Positions 54,687 to 64,000 of a DNA stretch of 64,000 nucleotides are shown here, piece by piece. This DNA comes from Octopus vulgaris. Lineage: Eukaryota. Positions within the stretch are counted from its first letter, which is position 1. Every line of letters starts with the position of its first letter. The translations under genes and the position numbers were made by a program. Under the pieces are notes generated by a model that was given only the letters and a program-made list of their open reading frames with translations, made no database searches and was not told where the DNA came from. The stretch lies in NCBI GenBank assembly GCA_951406725.2, contig OX597820.1:62806001-62870000 (forward strand). The letters are read 5' to 3'.

Positions 54687-57126
54687 CTGGATCTCTGCTT
54701 CACGAACAATATGGACATTTTTATGATGGGACAAGGACACCGACATCAGTTTCGGATCACAACGTAATAGAGCTGTCTATGTTTGGGCCAAAAGTAACCA
54801 GAGACATACAGCCTAAAGGAAGCACCCAAAATCTCTCCAATCTGAACTTCCACAAAGCAGATTGGAAATCGATCCAAAAAGAGATCCTCAGAGAGGACTG
54901 GCCGGAATGTCTCTCCACACCAGACATTGACATGAAACTAGAATGTTTCATGTCTTCTGTGCAAGCCGTATGCCAGAAATATGTCCCAGAGCACAAGGCC
55001 AAAACAAATACGAGCAAGATTCTAAGAGACAGGAAGATCCTCATGAGACGACGGACGAAGGTTGCAAATCGTCTCAACCAACATCCCAAAAGTAGTGAAA
55101 CGTCCCGCCTAAAAGCAACACTGATGGAGATCGAAAAAAGGCTGCAACAATCCTATGTGAAGGAGAAAGCAGACAAAGAAGCCTGGGTTATAAAAAACAT
55201 TAAATCAAACCCAAAGGCCTTCTTTCATTACGCGAAAGAAACAGTCTCAGTGCAGTACAAGATAGGACCCCTCCTCCAAAAGGATGGCTCCCTCACAAAC
55301 AGTCCAACTAAGATCAGTGAGATGCTGAATGACCAGTTCAAAAGTATCTTTACCACCCCGTTGGAACACAGACAAGTGAACGAACCAGTGGCCTTCTTTG
55401 TCGCCTCACCTAAAACCAGCGAGGCGGTTACAATAGAATATATTGACATTAGCGAAAAAGATGTCCTACTAGCCATAGATGAAGTGGACCCAAACTCAGC
55501 TGTTGGTCCAGATGGTTTCCCAGCCATCCTCCTCAAAGCGTGTAAGCATGCCCTGGCAAAACCCCTCAAGATTCTCTTCCAGAGCTTTCTTGCGATTGGC
55601 AAACTGCCAAGCAAGCTGAAGGAGGGAATAATATGCCCAATACATAAAGGGGGTAGTAGAGCAGATGCCAAAAACTATAGTCCTACCTCTCTGACATCAC
55701 ACATCAGCAAAGTCACGGAAAGGATAGTCAGAAAGAAATTAATCGTATTCCATGAGGAAAATAACTTGCTGAGTGATACCCAACATGGTTTTCGACCAGG
55801 TAGGAGCTGCCTGACCCAGCTCTTACAGCATTATGACTGGGTGTTAAGGCAGTTACTCAACAAATCATATGTGGACGTAATCTGCCTTGATTTTGACAAG
55901 GTAGATCATGGTATGATATGCCACAAACTGCGTGACCTCGGCATAGATGGAAAACTTGGAGTGTGGTTGCATGACTTCCTGAAAGATAGGAGTCAAGCAG
56001 TAGTGGTTAATGGAGCCACCTCTATGAACACACAAATAGTGAGCGGTGTTCCACAGGGCACTGTCTTGGGACCACTGCTTTTTATAGTGGCCCTCTCAGA
56101 TATGCCCTCAAATGCCCGGATAGCCACTCTGGCCAGCTATGCAGACGATACGAAAGTCTCGCAGAAAATACAGAAGCCCAGCGATGTTGCACACCTGCAG
56201 CAGGAGTTGGACTCAATCTACAGATGGGTTGAGGATAATAATATGCAGTTTAATGCTGAAAAATTCCAGGCCCTGCGCTACCAGCATCCAAAACTGAATA
56301 TCAAACTTACAGGATACACCAGTCCACAGGGAATTTCAATCCCAGAGCCTAAGTCTGTGAGGGACCTGGGTATCGACATGAGTGATGATACCTCTTTCCA
56401 AGTGCACATTAACAGGATGGCGACAAAGTGCAGACGACTGGCTGGGTGGATCCTAAGAACATTCAGAACCAGAGATAAGGAAACCATTATGGTCCTCTGG
56501 CGGACATTTGTCCTCAGCCGCCTGGATTACTGCTCACAGCTATGGTCACCCACCAGTGTAAAATTAACAGCGGACCTTGAAGCAATCCAGAGAAGATTCA
56601 CAAAGAAGATAGTCTCTTTACAACAGCTCAGCTACTGGGAAAGGCTGAAACAGCTAAGTCTCTACTCCCTGGAGAGAAGACGGGAGAGGTATGCAGTAAT
56701 ATACGTCTGGAAGATCCTGGAAGGAATTGTGCCAAATTTTGGCATTGTAAGCTACACCAATGCTAGAAAGGGACGACACTGCATAGTACCAAAGATCCCA
56801 GCAATGCCATCACACTTCAGGACCAGCTTCTGCAACAGCCTGGGTTTCAAGGGCCCACAGCTTTTTAATATTCTCCCAAAGAGTCTGAGGAACTTGCACA
56901 AAGTAGATGTAGCGGTTTTTAAATCAAAGATGGACATCTTCCTGTCAAGAGTCCCAGATGAACCTACCTCACGGCAAGAGGTGCAAATGAGAGTAGCTAT
57001 ATTAAACTCCATTCTTCACCAAGTGCCACTTATTAGACGAGATTCGTCGTGATAAGAGTGTAGCACAAAACGGCGGTGCATCAGCATGGCCGCAGCTCTG
57101 AGCTGAAACTAGTTGAAAAAAACAAA
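54687..57126 (+). mobile_element. Young 5'-truncated CR1/L2-group LINE (end of APE domain, RT, C-terminus, 3' UTR)
   Basis: APE C-terminal motifs LDLCFTNN / SDHN; long open RT frame to the stop at 57052; 3' tail GGCGGTGCATCAGCATGGCCGCAGCTCTGAGCTGAAACTAG then an A-rich run; (TA)n on both flanks. Confidence 0.95.
54730..57052 (+). CDS. LINE reverse transcriptase ORF2, N-terminally truncated and probably non-functional
   Basis: [44 protein letters not shown] (56138-56149), [20 protein letters not shown]. Motif A reads LDFDKVDH and lacks AKAF. The first ~25-40 aa of the called 812-aa ORF come from microsatellite or a wrong frame. Confidence 0.9.
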
Positions 57127-60820
<3,694 letters not shown>

Positions 60821-60830
60821 TTTTTATTCC

Positions 60831-60880
60831 CTAGTTTCAGCTCAGAGCTGCGGCCATGCTGATGCACCGCCGTTTTGTGC
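60831..60880 (-). mobile_element. 50-bp LINE 3' terminus identical to 57063-57112, inverted
   Basis: CTAGTTTCAGCTCAGAGCTGCGGCCATGCTGATGCACCGCCGTTTTGTGC is the exact reverse complement of 57063-57112. Confidence 0.93.
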
Positions 60881-61154
60881 GGTATTTCTATCTCTCCGTT
60901 TTCGGTCACTTTAGCCATGTAACCACGCACTTACTCTCTTTTCATGGAGTATTTTTTTACTTTCTCTTTCACTATCCTTAGTGCTTATCTATTACATTCA
61001 CTGTGTACACATCATTTTGACTTTTGTTGCTTTTGTGTTTATTTTTGTTTTCGATTTGCCTACACACACACACATACGTATATATATATATATATATGTG
61101 TGTTTTGTGTGTACATATACACACACACGCACACACAAACACAAACACACGCAG

Positions 61155-61193
<39 letters not shown>

Positions 61194-61744
61194 CTTTATA
61201 TGTGCGCGTGCGTATATGATTGAATGTGCGTGAGTATATATGCCTCTTTCTGTGTATGCGTATACATACATATATGATAACGTGGTAAGGAAACAGAAGA
61301 ACGTATGATTTGACACATGGTTTTCGATTTGGAAGAAATGTAAAAACTGCACTAAACCACATCGTACGCAACGTTTGAACAGAGTTAGATATGAGTGTAT
61401 TTGTTCAGGCTTAGAAAATCAGAGTAAAGGGGATAAACTTACTTATTACCATAATATATTGATTATGGTTATAGGCAGATCCATTGACGATGCATCATGG
61501 TTAAATATATGCATATAATTACACACACTTGAACTCACGAAAAAATAAGATACACTACCACGTATACCCATACATGCTCACACAGATACTAACAGACACA
61601 CACACACACATACACACCCATGAGAATGTATTGAAAACGAACTTTCTCCTTTATCACTCTCTCCCCACTCACTTTCTATGCGTGTGTGCGCACATACCAG
61701 CATACATAATATACTCATATATAAATATATATATATGTATATGT

Positions 61745-62160
61745 GTGTGTGGTTGTGTGGTAAATAGCTTGCTTACCAACCATATGGCACCCGGTTCAGT
61801 CGCAATGTGTGGCATCTTGGGCAAGTGTCTTCTACTGTAGCCTCGTGCCGACCAAAGCCTTGTGAGTGGATTTGGTAAACGGAAACTGAAAGAAGCCCGT
61901 CGTATATATGTATATATATATGTATGTGTGTGTATATGTTTGTGGGTCTGTGCTTGTCCCCCCAACATCGCTTGACAGTCGATGCTAGTGTTTTTACCTC
62001 CCCGTACATTAGCGGTTCGGCAAAAGTGACCGATGGAATAAGTACTAGACTTACAAAGGTTAAGTCCCATGGTCAATTTGGTCGGCTAAAAAAGGCAGTG
62101 CTCAAGCATGGCCACAGTCAAATGACTAAAACAAGTGAAACAAGTGAAAGAGTAAAGAGT
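61745..62160 (+). mobile_element. SINE family A, near full length
   Basis: GTGGTTGTGTGGTAA (A-box-like), GGTTCAGTCGC (B-box-like), GGGCAAGTGTCTTCTACT, internal TA/TG repeat, tail GGCAGTGCTCAAGCATGGCCACAGTCAAATGACT. Confidence 0.9.
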
Positions 62161-62161
62161 G

Positions 62162-62235
<74 letters not shown>

Positions 62236-62469
62236 CGTGCGTGCGTTTGTATGTATGTATGTACGTATGTATGCACGTATGAAAGTCTGTGTGATATACA
62301 ACACCATTAAATTCCATACCGCATTATGGTGGAATAGTTCTGTAATTACTTGTATTGACACTGATTATGAAGAACCTCTCACCTCATCATTAATTAATCA
62401 GAATCTATAAAACGAAACTACATTATCAATATTCCACGAACATTTCTAATCCACATACATTTCCTATAA

Positions 62470-62582
62470 CTGCAGCTGCTGTTGTTGTTGTTGTCACTAC
62501 TGCTGTTGCTGCTGTAGTTGCTGTTGTCGCTTCTGCTGCTGCTGCTACTACTACTACAACTACTACAACTAATACAACAACA

Positions 62583-62637
<55 letters not shown>

Positions 62638-62985
62638 GTGTTGCTGCTGCTACTGCTATTACTACTACTAAGGATAAGAATAATATCAATAGTAATGATA
62701 AAGATGATAATTAAAATATCAATAATTACCGAATTAATAACAAAGAAGAACGACGGTAATAATAATAATAGTAATAATAATAATAATAATGATAATAATA
62801 ATAACAATAATAATAATAATAATAATAATATCAATAATGATAGTAATTACAATGATAATAATAATAATTGTGATAATGATGATGATGATAATGATGATGG
62901 TAATGATGGTGTTGACGATGATGATGGTGATAATTATGAGGATGAGGAGGGGGTGAGGATGACGGTGGTGGTGACGATAATGAAA
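62470..62985. repeat. Compound trinucleotide low-complexity block (CTG/CTA/AAT/GAT)
   Basis: Direct reading. Confidence 0.92.
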
Positions 62986-63326
62986 ATAGATGAGAAATGA
63001 AGAAATTAGCATAAACCTTATACCACATGCTAGATCCATAATAACCAACGAAGATCATGATATCAAGAGGAAAAATTCTTCAGTATCCTGGATTGGTAAT
63101 GTCCTGCAATTCTTCGTTGAAGCAAATCAAATGATGTTAATCGTGTGAGTGGAGGAAAAAAAAACTTCAATGAACTATTAAGCCAGCTAGAATTAACACG
63201 TGATCAGATGCTAAAGTAGGAACATGCACTGGTTACTAAAAACAGTATTATTTGAACTCCAAAACATTCGAGAACGATGACATACTTGTCAATCACATAC
63301 TCCCGCCACATACACACCTTACAAGC

Positions 63327-63737
63327 TCTTTTACTCTTTTACTTGTTTCAGTCATTTGATTGCAGACATGGTGGAGCACCACCTTTAGTTGAAGAAATCG
63401 ACCCCAGGACTTATTCTTTGTAAGCCTAGTACTTATTCCATCGGTCTCTTTTGCCGAAGCGCTAAGTTACGGGGAGATAAACATACCAGCATCGGTTGTC
63501 AAGCGATGCTAGGGGGAAAAACACAGACACACAAACGTATACACTCACATGCATATGTATATATACATATATACGACGGGAATCTTTCTGTTTCCATCTA
63601 CCAAATCCACTCACAAGGCTTCGGGCGGCCCGAGCCTATAGTAGAAGACACTTGCCTAAGGTGTCACGCAGTGGGATTGAACCCGGAACCATGTGGTTGG
63701 TAAGCAAACCACTTACCACAGAGCCACTCCTACACCT
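63327..63737 (-). mobile_element. SINE family A, full length
   Basis: Colinear reverse complement of 61745-62160. Confidence 0.9.
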
Positions 63738-63759
63738 ATCAAGATAACAATATACAACA

Positions 63760-63925
63760 GCCACTGAGATTTCTGGAAGAGACCAGCTACCGCTGAACCA
63801 AGATTTTATAAAATACAGAAGAAGATGGACTAAAAATTATATATGTCTTAGATTGAAAATTCATAAGACGAAATGATTTTATTATTCAATCGTAAGTACC
63901 GAGGAAGGTCAGTCTGCACTAACAA
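63760..63925 (+). pseudogene. Possible decayed Penelope-like RT C-terminal remnant
   Basis: One frame reads TEEDGLKIIYVLD*KFIRRNDFIIQS*VPRK, resembling the PLE pattern E.E....L.FLD..I.R......VYRK. A DDILV lies just upstream of the SINE near 63277. Confidence 0.3.
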
Positions 63926-64000
63926 AGCATTTCGAACGTTAAAATAAAGATTATTCACGTCATAACGTAAAATAAAAAAAAAAAACTCTGATGTTATTAC

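Noticed and set aside
54757-57012. Antisense ORFs within the LINE
   Set aside because: Shadow frames of the RT coding strand.
62418-63058. Poly-L/N/D ORF resembling a signal peptide plus acidic tail
   Set aside because: Compound trinucleotide repeats, open on both strands.

Overview
AT-rich, microsatellite-saturated eukaryotic DNA. I found no convincing host exon, so the window is probably intergenic or intronic. The repeat repertoire resembles a coleoid cephalopod (Octopus-like); this is an inference from recalled repeat families, not a database result. Almost all long ORFs in the track are translations of (TA)n, (CA)n or (GATA)n arrays. The real coding remnants are all transposon-derived. 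They comprise CR1/L2-group LINE reverse transcriptases (1-1395, 31681-32445, a near-intact 5'-truncated copy at 54687-57126, a fragment at 57686-57946), a full-length decayed DD34D mariner (6211-7510), a deleted mariner, a Tc1 fragment, an RTE fragment, two tandem RLE-type LINE 3' ends, an L1/Tx1-like remnant and a Penelope GIY-YIG remnant. Several tRNA-derived SINE families are abundant. The most interesting signal is non-coding: several sequence-distinct minimal type I hammerhead ribozymes with palindromic helix III (Penelope type) sit in short islands between TA arrays. Two of them lie at the axis of long DNA palindromes (8726-8901 and 17550-17680). The window also shows two SINE/LINE shared 3' tails, and a 50-bp identical inverted LINE tail bracketing a 3.7-kb TA array.
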